From positions 47,287 to 67,286 of the forward strand of contig CALSCO010001328.1 in the NCBI GenBank assembly GCA_943704415.1: a stretch of DNA of 20,000 nucleotides, read 5' to 3'. This document shows, piece by piece, positions 9,873-20,000 of this stretch (positions are counted from its first letter, which is position 1; each line of letters opens with the position of its first letter). This DNA is from Parvularia atlantis (lineage: Eukaryota). Below the pieces are notes generated by a model that did not search any database, was not told the origin of the DNA, and saw nothing but the letters and a program-made list of their open reading frames with translations. A program made the position numbers and the translations under genes.

Positions 9873-12800
9873 TCACGCAAACGCAAAGACGGCCTTGTCG
9901 CCTGCGACCATCCGGGCCGCCCGCGCGCTGCCGACGACGCGCTCGAGCCGCAGCACGTCGAAGCGCGTGAACAGGACCGTGCACGACGCGTCCTCGCCCG
10001 CCTCAAGCAGATTGAGCAGCTCTACGCCGGCGCGCGTCTCAGCACGATGCGTTGCGCACACAGCCCGGGCAGCGCACCGGGGTAGAACTGCGCGTTGGCC
10101 GGCGGCGCGTAAAAGACCAGGTGCCGAATGCCGCGCACGCGCAGCCGGCGGAAGAAGTGCAGGCGCTCGCTGCGCCCGACGAGCATCAGCCGCCTGCGCA
10201 CACACCAACGCGAGGCGGCGCACCTGTACAGCATCAGGTCGCGCTGCCCGCTCAGGAACCGCGAGCGCGCGCGCGCGACGTTGCTGTCGCTTGTGTACCT
10301 GGCATTGCGTTAGCGCACATGCGCCCCTTGCGAGTGCCGCCACGCACTCGGACAAACCCGCGAAGGGCACCTCGATCGCGCGCAGGTGGTTGCGCAGGCG
10401 CACGTACTCAAAGTACGTCGGCACAAAGATGCACGTGTGCTTGCCCGCCGTTGAGCTGCGCAACGCTGGCAGCACCTGCATCGCGCGCGCGTGTGTGAGT
10501 CTCTGTCGGCACGGCTCGCTCGCATTTCGCTGCACCTTGCTCACGAAAAACTCGAACCGCGCGTCCTCCGCCTGCGCTGGGTCGGTCGCCGGCACGCGGT
10601 GGTACACGTGCTGCAGCTGCCGCACGACGTGCCCGATCGAGCCGCTCTCGCTGGCGCGGCGCGTCTTGACCTTGCCCATGAAGTTGGCGCTGCACGCGGC
10701 CAGTCTCAGTCGGCGCGCGGATCGATTCGGCGGCGCGCACCAGTGCCGGTTGAACAGCGCGTTGGCCTCGGGGAAGGCAAAGTCACTCAAGACGATCGTC
10801 TGCCGCACGTGCCTGGCTAGACCGTCCAGCGACCACTGCCGCACGCGCGAAAAATCGCAGCCGTGCGGCTGCTTCGGCACCAGGTTCATGCACTCGAACA
10901 CGTTCTGCACCACGCCCGGTCAGCCGCGCATCACCGCCACGCTACACCGCCGTCACTGGCGCACCAGCACGTGGTCCCAGTTCTGCATCGCCAGCACATG
11001 CGCGTACCCGACCACGGCCACCTCGACCGACGACAGAAAGTCAAAGTCGCGCTTCTTCTCGCCTTCCAGCGCACAGCAGGCGTCAGACGTCGCACACGCA
11101 AGCGAGCAGGGCGCACCCTCCGCGCCGATGACCAGGCGCAGGCCCAGCGGCGACGCGATGACGATGTCCGAGGCGTAAAAGTCGGCGTACAGCTTGAAGC
11201 TCTTGCGCGTGAGCTGCGCCGTCCCGTCCGCCTCAGCGCGCGCCGCATGCACATAGGCACGTGGCACACCTTGATGCCGATGCGGAAGCAGTCGTCGACG
11301 TTGCCGTCAAAGATGCGCTCGTAGTCGGCCGGCTTAGGCGGCTTGGGTCTGGACACGCGTGCGCGACACACGGCGTCGGCACGCCACCGCTGCCGCAAAC
11401 GCGACACACGCACGCAGGCGCGCCCGCCACCGCCGCCGCCGCCGCCGCCAGACGCTCCTCCTCGCGGCCGAGCCTGTCCTCGTCCGACAGGTCGTACTCG
11501 TCGAAGAAGCGCTTGCGGTTCTCGACAGTGAACGAGGCCTGCAGCACCGCGCACAGCTCAGCACATCACCGCGTCGCACCGCGCGCGCACGCACGTTCGG
11601 TTCGGCCACGGGCGCGAGCGCGATGATGTCCTGCACGAGCTGGAACGCCTGGTAGCGGAACGGGAGGATGACGAGCACCTTTGGGCGCGTGAAGCCCTGG
11701 TCGCGCAGCTCGAGCGCGCCGACGGCTCCGTGCAGCTTGGCCGTGTTGCGCAGCACGCGGTCGCGCGTCCTGATTGCCCCCCCGGGTGCGTCTTTTGAGC
11801 GGTGACGGCGCGCGGNNNNNNNNNNCCCCCCCCCCCCCCCCCGCGCGTGAGCACTGTGCGCAACGGCCTTCCGCGCGCACTTCATGGCGTGGTTGAGGCT
11901 GTGCAGCGCGACAAGGTGCCGCAGCTCCGCGTCCTGCACACCGCTCGTGTCAAGCGCACGCACACAATGCGCTACGGCGCGCACCGACGCCTGTGAACCC
12001 TGCGTAAAGTACACGTCGCGGTACTCGGTGAAGTAGCCCATCAGCGCGGCCTGGAGCGGCGAGAAGGCCTCGCCGTTGAGGCGCTGCCACGGCGCGTGCA
12101 GGCGCTGCTTGATCTGCGCAGGCGGTGCCAGTCAGCTCACCCGCAGGCGGCACCGTCGAGCGCACGTTGAACACGGCGAGGTTGTCCTCGGCAGGCGCGA
12201 TCTCGGCCGCGCTGTTGTCGTCGTCGTCGTCCTCGGCGTCCTCGGCGTCGCCCGGGGCGTTCTCGTACACGGCAACGCGCCCCAGCACCGCCGACGTGCG
12301 CTCGCGGCTGTGCCAGCGGAAGTCTGGCGCGGCCTGCAGCGACGCGGCCAGGTGCGCCTCCTCGGTCACGTCGTCGCCAAAATGCACGTCGAACCAGTCT
12401 GTGTGCGCACGCGTGAGCCAGCGAGCGACCGTCGTGACGCGCGCCTGAGCGCACCTGTGTGCTCTGCCGCGGGCGGGTGCACGCCCGTCTCCTCATCGTC
12501 GTCGTCGTCGTCGTCATCGTGGGCTGCACCTTCGTCGTCGTCGTCGTCGCCCACGGTGCTCGCGTCGACCGTGTCCGGCGCGCCCGCGGCAACGCGCCGC
12601 CTGCGCTTCCGCTGCTGCTTCGCGGCCGTCTCGCCACCCTCGTCTTCGCTGCTGCCGTCCGCCTCGCGCGCGCGGGTCCGTGCGGTCGGCGCCGCCGCGG
12701 TCGACGCGCCAAAGAGCTGCCGCAGCTGGTCGAGGGCCGACGGCTGCTCCCACGGCTCGTCGTGCGCAGGCGTTTCGTTGCGCTGCTGCTTCGCGGCCGG

Positions 12801-13041
12801 CTTGACCGACGATGCCGCCGAAGGTCGCCGCACTGCCGCCGCCGTCTCGTCAAACACGCGCACGGGCCGTCTGCGCGCGTGTCGCGTGGTCACCAACCAG
12901 CGCGACCGCGGCGCAGGGCGCGCACTCGTCGCCGCCGCCCTCGTCCGCGTCCGCCACGCCGCCGCCGACGCTGCCGTACTCGGCCAGCTGCTGCAGCTCG
13001 CGCCGGCTGAGGCCGCGGCGGCGACGCGGCGTCGAGCGCAT
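9873..13041 (-). CDS. UTP25: U3 snoRNA-associated protein 25 (DIEXF/Def), 15 introns
   Basis: [93 protein letters not shown]; acidic N-terminal region. Confidence 0.95.
11816..11842. other. Assembly gap (10 N) next to a C17 run, inside a UTP25 intron
   Basis: N at 11816-11825, C at 11826-11842; the flanking exons join in frame (HAMK|TRDR). Confidence 0.9.
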
Positions 13042-13062
13042 GGCGCAGATTCTAACTGTGGC

Positions 13063-16000
13063 ATGTACGGCGCAGCGTCACTCGAACGCTCCGCGCCTGG
13101 GCGCGCGAGCCGCGCGGGCGGGCCGGCCCTGTTGGAGCAGCTGCGGCAGCGCGAGACGCACGCGGGCGTGCGGCCGAGCACGCAGGTGCGTCGTGGCGTG
13201 GGCGCGGCGGGCGACGGCGGCGACGGGATGTTTCTGGGGCGGGGCGCACCCGCCAAAGCACTCCCAGCGGCACGCGTGGCCGTGCCCGTTGTGTGCGGCG
13301 GCCAGGCGCACGGTCGCGCGCCGTCGCTGCCATTGGCGTGTGCGCAGCGTGACGGGCGGGTGGGGCACGGAGGCGGTGGGGCGGAGGGCGCCCGCGTGCG
13401 GCACCGTGTGCCACGCGCACCGTGCTTACCAAACGCAACCAGACCCTCCTCGCGCGCGACTTCTACCTCAACGTGCACCCAAACAGCACCCTGGGCGACG
13501 TGCCCGTGCCGAGCTCGTGCGCCATCCGCAAGTTCACGCCCAACGGCCAGGTGGCCCCTCGCACGCCATCCGCCGCCGCGCCGGCACGTGGCTCACACGC
13601 GCGTGGGTTCAGATGCTCGTCTGCTTCAGCCACAACCTGCACAACGTGACTGTTTTCGATGTTGCCTACCCGGCGATGCCGTCGACCGCGGGGCGCGCGC
13701 GGGCGGCGGCGGCGGCGGCGACGACAGCAGCAGCAGCAGCGGCGGCGGCGGGCGCGCGGCCGTGCGTTTCTGGCAGCACGCGCCGCCGTCGTGTGACTGA
13801 CGGGCGGCCGCAGCGTGCCCGTCGTCGACAACGCCTTTGACCAGCTGTTCTCGCTGCGGTTCGACCGGGCGATGACGCAGGGCGATGAGGTGCTCTGCCG
13901 TGAGTTTTGCCTTATGACGGACGACAGCCGCTTCGTGCGTGCTCACGCGTCGCGCGGCTGCACGTTGACGACGGAGCGCTGCGCAGATGATCCTCGCGTC
14001 GAGCGTGACATCGACGGCGATCCCGGTGCCGCACCCGTACCAGAACCCGCTGTCGCTGCAGACTGCGCCCGCGCTCGAGGACATCCGGTTTATCGTCGTC
14101 GACCTCCACTCGGGCGAGGTGCGTCGGCCGCGGCTGCGTTGCTGCGTGTCTGTCGCTCACGCCCGCGCGTGCAGGTCTGCGACACGCGCATGTTCCCGTA
14201 CGACTCGATTTTCCTCTCGAACCACGCGGGCGTGCACCTGCACAAAAACATCCTCGCCATTCTTTCGCTGCAGCACCAGATCATCCACATGCTGCAGATC
14301 AAGGCACGCGGCCGTGCTGTGCCATCGCTGCGCGCGCGGCGTCTGACGTTCACGTCGCGGCGCGCAGGACTCGGGCGCGCTGGTCGATCTGCGCCGCATC
14401 GGGCCGTACTGCTACGACGACGACGAGCTGATGCTGCACGACACGTGCGCGCAGCCCGAGATGCCCGTGCCCGAGATGCGCTGGCACGCTCCTGGTGCGC
14501 GCACACGCACATGCGCACATGCCCGCGCTTGTGCCAACCTGGCGCTCTGCGGCGCAGTCACGACAGCGCTCGGCGTGAGCTGGCCCCCGACCATCGCCGG
14601 CAACATGAGCCCGCTGCGCGGGACTACGCCGACGCTGACCCCGCCGACGGCCACCGCCTTTGTCGACAGCAACCCGTTCCTCGTCCCACGCAACGCCGGG
14701 TCGCCGCTCCTCAGCCCGCCGATCGCCGCCGTGCCGGTCGCGCACGCGCTCCGGGCGTCGTCGCGGCCGCTCGTCGCGCGGTCGCACAGCACCGAGGGCC
14801 TCGCCGCGGCAGTGCCGGCGGCACCCGGAGCGCCCTCTTTGCGCGTTACCGCGAGCACCCTCGCCGAGCCGCCCGCCGAGCCGCCCGCCGAGCCGCCCGC
14901 CGCCGGCACCCACTTCCCCAACAACGCGTTCCGGCTGGGCGCGCCGTCGTCGGACCTGCTCGCGCGGCGCCTCCGACGCGCGGCCAGCTCTGGCAGCATC
15001 GCGACGCGGAATTCGCTCGTGCAGCTGGCCGGCAACGCGATCGCGGCACAGCTCGACGACGCCCAGCCCGACGGCGCCGATGCGCAGGCCGCGGCAGCGG
15101 TCGCGGCCCTACCGGCGTCAGGAGGGGTGCAGTCGTGGCCGTCGTTCTCGCCCCCGCTCGCTCGGCCGGTGCCGCCCCCGCCGCCGGGCGTGGCGCGGGT
15201 GGACACTGGCGGGGCAATGGCCATTGCTGCGCGATTGGGACCTCTGCCACCGGCGCGGCTGAGCATCCTCGCGTCAAGCGAAGATGGCTCGCGGCCATCG
15301 ACGGCCAGCCCGTCCGAGCTCGAACCGCCGCCACCACCACCGGCTGCATCGGCCTTGGCTGTGCGCCCGCTGGCACCGGCACACCGCGCTGTGTTCAGCA
15401 CTGCGGCCGAGCTGGAGGCTGCGCGCCGCGGCGCGGCGGGTGCAGGCGGCGTGCGACGCAGCCGCGCCGAGTTTGCCCCCGCTGAGAGCCTCGCATCGAC
15501 GTCGCCGCGCAACGTGCGGCCGCGCCTGGACCTGGATGCGCAGGCGCGCACGGTGGTGACGCGTACGCACGCTGCGGACGCCGCCGACCCGTTGGCGGAC
15601 GTGCTGCACGGTGCGTGATCCGCCACCGTGTCTGCGTCGCTGACACGCGCGCTCGGCAGTGGCGCCGCTGGTCCCGCGCCCGATCCTACCCGTCGCCGCG
15701 GCAACTGACGCGCCGGCGCTGGTGCGTCTTGACACGAGCCGGGCTCGTGTACGGCTGACGGCGTAAACGGCTGCAGGGCGCCAACACGGAGGCGGCGGTG
15801 ATGTCGCCGGTGATGCCGCCGTGGGCGGTGCGGCGGCTGCGCGACGCCGAGCTGCAAGCGCAGCAGCACCTGTCGCCGGCCACGTCCGACAGCTCAACCA
15901 TGCCGCATGGCGACCGCATGGCGACGTCGCCCGTGTCTGCGCGGCCCGCGGCGCCGCCGCCGGCGATCGTCGGGCTGCGGCAGCGCTTCCTCGCGTTCAT

Positions 16001-17056
16001 CTTCCGCGCGGCGCTTGCCAATGACGCGTCCAGCGTGTGCGTTGCTGCTGCGCGAAGCTGCACGCAGGGCTAACGTATGCGCGCGCGCGAGCGTCGCGCG
16101 TTCACAGGCTGACGCTGCGGCAGTTTTACGTGCACTTTGACCAGCTGGCGCAGCTGGTGATGCACAAGATGCAGTTTCTGGACGCGGCACATCTGCTTAT
16201 CAAGCTCGGCCCGCTCGACACGATCCACCAGCCGTCGCGGGTGTGCTTGCTGCGCTCGACCGCCGATCGCGTGCTGACGCGCAGGACGCAGAGCCAGGAC
16301 CTGTCACAGTCGTCGTTCTTCATGGTGTACAACATCCACACGACCCGCGTGATCGCCGTGTTTGAGAGCTCGTCGGAGGTGCGCACGCGGGCGTGCGGCC
16401 CGAGGGCGCAGCGCGGCTCAGACCGGGCGCGCGAGCAGGAGCTGCTGCACCTGTACGAGGACCACGTCGACTACTTCCGCGTCGGGTGTTCGATGGGCCG
16501 GCACGAGAATATGATCAACAGCTGCGCCAACAACGCGCAGACGCGCGAGCAGATGCAGCGGCACTTTGAGGCGACACGCGCGGGTGGGCGGCGCGGCGGG
16601 TGCGACTGCGCGTGCGTGGCGCGATGGCGCTCGTGGTCTGATGCGTGCGCCTCGCCTCGCCAGCAAAGCGCAGGCTATCCGGCGCGCTCTCTCTGGCCTG
16701 CCCTTCTCGCCGCAGATCTTCCTCGACTCGCCGCTGCTGGACAAGGTGCGGTGTTTTGCGCATCACGCGTCATCTCCGTGACCGTGCGACCGCGCCAGAC
16801 CCTGTTCAACTACGACGACAAGGTCATCTCGACGTCGCATCGGCCCAAGCCCTGCGTCGACTTCCCCATCCGCTTCTACGCGCGCAAGACGGGGGCGCTC
16901 AAGTTCCGGATCAACGCCTCCGTGCCGCAGCGCGGGTCGTCGCGCAGCCGGCGCTGCGTCACGTACATCTTCCACCCGTTCCTGCCGCTCATCATCAGCC
17001 TGCACCAGACGGCGCACCAGCCGACGGTGGTGAACGTGCACCTGTTCCGCGCATAG
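13063..17056 (+). CDS. DET1: DET1 homolog (CUL4-DDB1/COP1 adaptor), about 14 introns, with a large low-complexity insertion
   Basis: RDFYLNVHPN, IRKFTPNGQ, LCREFCL, DSIFLSNHAGVHL, LAILSLQHQIIH, IGPYCYDDD, GLRQRFLAFIFR, KMQFLDAAHLLIK, LFNYDDKVIS, FHPFLPLIIS, VVNVHLFRA-TAG. Confidence 0.93.
14863..14898 (+). repeat. 12-bp coding tandem repeat (GCCGAGCCGCCC)x3 = (AEPP)x3
   Basis: Three exact copies inside the DET1 insertion. Confidence 0.85.
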
Positions 17057-17110
17057 AGCCGAATTGCTTTCGTTCCCGCCCCCCTGCCCGCATGCCAAGC
17101 ACGCCCCGCG

Positions 17111-17916
17111 TCACTCCGCGAAGATCCACGCCTTGAGCTCGCCGTACGCGCGCTCGAGGTCGTCGTTCACGATCACCTTCTCGAACAGCGTCGACTGCGC
17201 CTGGAAGTCGAGCTCTGGCGCGCGGCGTGCGACGATGAGCGGCCAGCGCGAAGGGGCGGGCGTCACGTGCCGCGCTTGGCCGTGTCGAGGCGCTTCTGCA
17301 CCGACTGCGCGTACGTGTGAGTGCGAGGCGTGAGTGCGACGGCGACGCGGTTGGTGCGCACGTGCCTCGTCCGTCTCGGTGCCGCGCCCGCGCAGCCGCT
17401 CCTCAAGCACGGGCCAGCTCGGCGGCGCAATGAAGACAAAGCGCGCGTTGAGGTCGGTCTTGCTCACGCTGACCGCGCCCTGCACGTCGATCTCGAGCAC
17501 GCAGATCTGCCCGCGCGCGGCCACGGCGCGCACGGCCGCGATGCTTGTGCCGTACCTGCGAGTGCGAGCGCGTGCGCGTGCGCGCTGTTCAGCACGTGCG
17601 CCGCACCTGCGCCGTGCACGCACATGTTGCCCGAGAACTCGGCCGTCTCGACAAAGAGACCCGCGTCGCGGTCGCGCAGCAGTTCGTCGCGCGTCGTGAA
17701 CAAGTACTCCTTGCCGTGCGTCTCGCCGGGGCGCGGCAGGCGCGTCGTGTCTGCGCGGGCGCCAGGCGCGCTTGGCCCACGACCGGGCGCGAGGGGGCGC
17801 GGCGCACGCGACACGCTCAGGCCGAACTTGGCCGGGAACTCGGCGAAGAGGCGCTTGAGCAGTGTGCCCTTGCCGACGCCCGACGGACCGCACACGACGA
17901 TGGGCCTGAGTGCCAT
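17111..17916 (-). CDS. GUK1: Guanylate kinase, 4 introns (two GC-AG)
   Basis: [84 protein letters not shown] at 17111-17113. Confidence 0.95.
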
Positions 17917-17948
17917 TTAGTGGTCAGAACGAGAACTCAATCGTACCC

Positions 17949-18471
17949 ATGAACGCGCAAGTCGAGCACGAAGTCCAGTTGCTCAAGGTGAAAGCGCGCC
18001 CTGCACGCGCACGCCTGCGCTCATCAGGACGCGCTCAGGGCGAGATCAAGCGCCTGGGCAAGCAGAACGACAAGGGCCAGTACGTCGTCAAGTTTGGCGT
18101 GATCGTGATGGACGACCGTTGCGGCGACATCTTCGAGGCGCTGATCGGCACGCTCAAGTGCGCCGCCTCCCGCGAGGCCCCGAGCCGCACCGTGCTGACC
18201 GCGCCGCGCGTCCGTGTTGCGTAGGGCCGCCAAGAAGCGCAAGGTCATCGAGTACGCGAGCGAGGTGCGCGCTTTCCTTCACCGCTCTGTTGTTGTTGTT
18301 GCTCACCGGCGCCGCCGCGCCCTGTGCCGCGCCGCGCCGCGCCGCAGATGCTGCTCAAGGGCGTGCATGACAACGGTGTGTGTGACCGAGATCTCGCAGT
18401 GCGCGGCTGCTGCTGACCCCCGCGCCGTCGCGCACGCGCGCACAGTCGATATCGTCCTCGTGCAGGAGTGA
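17949..18471 (+). CDS. ABRACL: Costars family protein, 4 introns
   Basis: MNAQVEHEVQLLKGEIKRLGKQNDKGQYVVKFGVIVMDDRCGDIFEALIGTLKAAKKRKVIEYASEMLLKGVHDNVDIVLVQE-TGA. Confidence 0.93.
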
Positions 18472-18576
18472 AGCGAGGGCCGTGCTCCACGCCGCGCCGT
18501 GTGCCGCAGTGCCGTGCCCCGCCGCAAACGCTATGCAAGAGACGACGCCGTGCACGCACACACACTTCACGCGCAC

Positions 18577-19611
18577 TCAGCTGGTTGGCGCGTCGCCGCC
18601 GCCCGCGCGCGTATCGCGGCGGCCCCCGCGGCTTGAGTAGGCCACCTCGGGCTTGCCCTCGCGCATCGCCGCGAACCGCGCCGCCGTAAACAGGTAGTCG
18701 CTCAGGCGGTTGAGGTAGACGCCGACGGCGTGCGAGGCCTGCGGGTGGCCGTCAGCTCAGCTGGACGTTGGGCTGGCGGTCGGCGCGCACCTGGTCCTGC
18801 TCGATCAGCGGCACAACGCGACGCTCGGCGCGGCGGCACACCCCGCGGGCGATGTGCAGCGCAGCACTGGCGCGGCCACCCGACTGCAACCGCAGTGCAC
18901 ATGCGCGTGGGCTCAGCAGCGTGGGTGCGCGTCAACCACCGATCGCACCGGCAGAATGAAGTTGCGCAGCGGCGGCAGCGCGTCGTCCATGCGGTCGATG
19001 CTGCGCTCGAGCTCCTCGGTCAGGTGCCCGTCGACGTCAAACTGCGCGCCCCGTCCCGCGGCGTCTCAGACGCTGTCGCAGCACACGCCGGCCGCGTGCC
19101 TCCGTGCGCGAGAGCCGCGTCGGCCCGGCGGCAGCGCGCGGCGTCGCGACGTTGGCGCCGATGTCGATCAGCAGGCACTGGATCTCCTCGAGCTGGCCCT
19201 GCAGCCCGTTGGCGACCTCGACGCAAAACTCGCGGGCGAGGCTGCACATGGTGAGGCGATCGCGCGCCGATCGCGACGACCACGCGCGCACCCGAGCGCC
19301 GAGCTCAGCTCGTCGATCGTCCCCAGCGCCTCAAACACCGCGTCGTCCTTGGCGCGGCGCTCGCCCGAGAACAGGCTCGACGTGCCTGCGCACGTGGGTG
19401 AGCCCGCGTGCCCTGGCGGCATCGTACGCACACCCTTGTCGCCCGTGCGCGTGTAGATGCGCACGCGCTGGGGCCCGTGCGGCGCCGCGTCGGCCGTGGC
19501 CTTACTGCCGCTGTCGCTGCTCTGCATCGTACGCACGGCGGACCTCGTCGCAAAAAGCCTCGCGCGAGCAGCGGTGGCGGCAACGGCGGCAATCGCCGGC
19601 GCACGAAGCAT
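18577..19611 (-). CDS. MMAB: PduO-type ATP:cob(I)alamin adenosyltransferase with probable mitochondrial presequence, 5 introns
   Basis: [79 protein letters not shown]-terminus rich in Arg/Ala and free of acidic residues. Confidence 0.94.
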
Positions 19612-19653
19612 TCAGTCCAAAGTGGCTCTGTTCTCTCAGCGGCTGCACCGAGC

Positions 19654-19987
19654 TCAGCGCGGCCGCCAGAACAGCATGTCAAACTGGCGCCGGTCGACGA
19701 AGTGCCCCTGGCGGTCGAGCATGAAGCGCCGACGGTGTCCGTCGACGTTGACGTAGAACCAGCCGACCTGGGGCGCGGCGTCGGCCGGCAGGGGGCTCAC
19801 GAGCGGCTGCGGCGGCTGCGCGTGAGGCCGGCCTGACGGGCGAAAAGGGAGCGACAGCAAGCAGCGCACCGCGTTCGACGAGAGGCGGCCCACGGGCAGG
19901 GTCACGCGGCGCTGCCAGGGCGCGATCGCGCACGTCTCGATCACGACGTCGGTCCAGCCCCGCAGCAGGGTCATGCGCACGCAGATG
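19654..19987 (-). CDS. TMEM223: Last two exons of a TMEM223/Mrx15-like mitochondrial protein (partial)
   Basis: VRMTLLRGWTDVVIETC...VTLPVGRLS...VNVDGHRRRFMLDRQGHFVDRRQFD resembles the remembered TMEM223 C-terminus (KVKGRRFYFLLDKTGHFPNTKLFD). Confidence 0.7.
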
Positions 19988-20000
19988 CTGGCCCCCCCCC

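Noticed and set aside
13255..13260. H box (AAAGCA) of an H/ACA snoRNA
   Set aside because: Lies inside a predicted stem, and there is no suitably placed ACA box.
17054..17056. Genome-wide UAG reassignment (every other stop in the window is TGA)
   Set aside because: DET1 ends in TAG at its conserved C-terminus and readthrough would run antisense into GUK1; no internal TAG found in host exons. TGA bias is normal at high GC.
1570..19870. Introner-type repeated introns
   Set aside because: Introns share length and splice motifs, but I saw no extended sequence identity or terminal inverted repeats between them.
1..20000. Many long overlapping or antisense ORFs in the six-frame track (e.g. 12076-13800, 9835-11178, 14412-15869)
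   Set aside because: Expected from stop-codon scarcity at high GC; they are Arg/Ala-rich shadows of the spliced genes.

Overview
High-GC, very compact, intron-dense eukaryotic (probably protist) nuclear DNA. The ORF track is mostly noise; the genes only appear after manual splicing of about 89 introns, mostly 50-65 nt (donor GTGCGY, branch CTGAC/CTCAC-like, acceptor CAG). Spliced genes in order: acyl-CoA dehydrogenase with PTS1 (+), DRG1 (-), unknown coiled-coil protein (+), UVRAG (-), UTP25 (-), DET1 (+), guanylate kinase (-), Costars/ABRACL (+), MMAB (-), 3' part of a TMEM223-like gene (-). The outlier is 124-1322: an essentially intronless, bacterial polymorphic-toxin-like gene (Gly/Ala-rich pre-toxin region plus a VgrG3-C-like muramidase domain) with in-frame TAG codons, although TAG is a normal stop in DET1. 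Other oddities: about 7% GC-AG introns, a possible GG-AG intron, head-to-head start codons 21-32 nt apart, a long structured DET1 intron 1 and a ~450 aa insertion in DET1. All family assignments are motif recognition from memory, not database searches.
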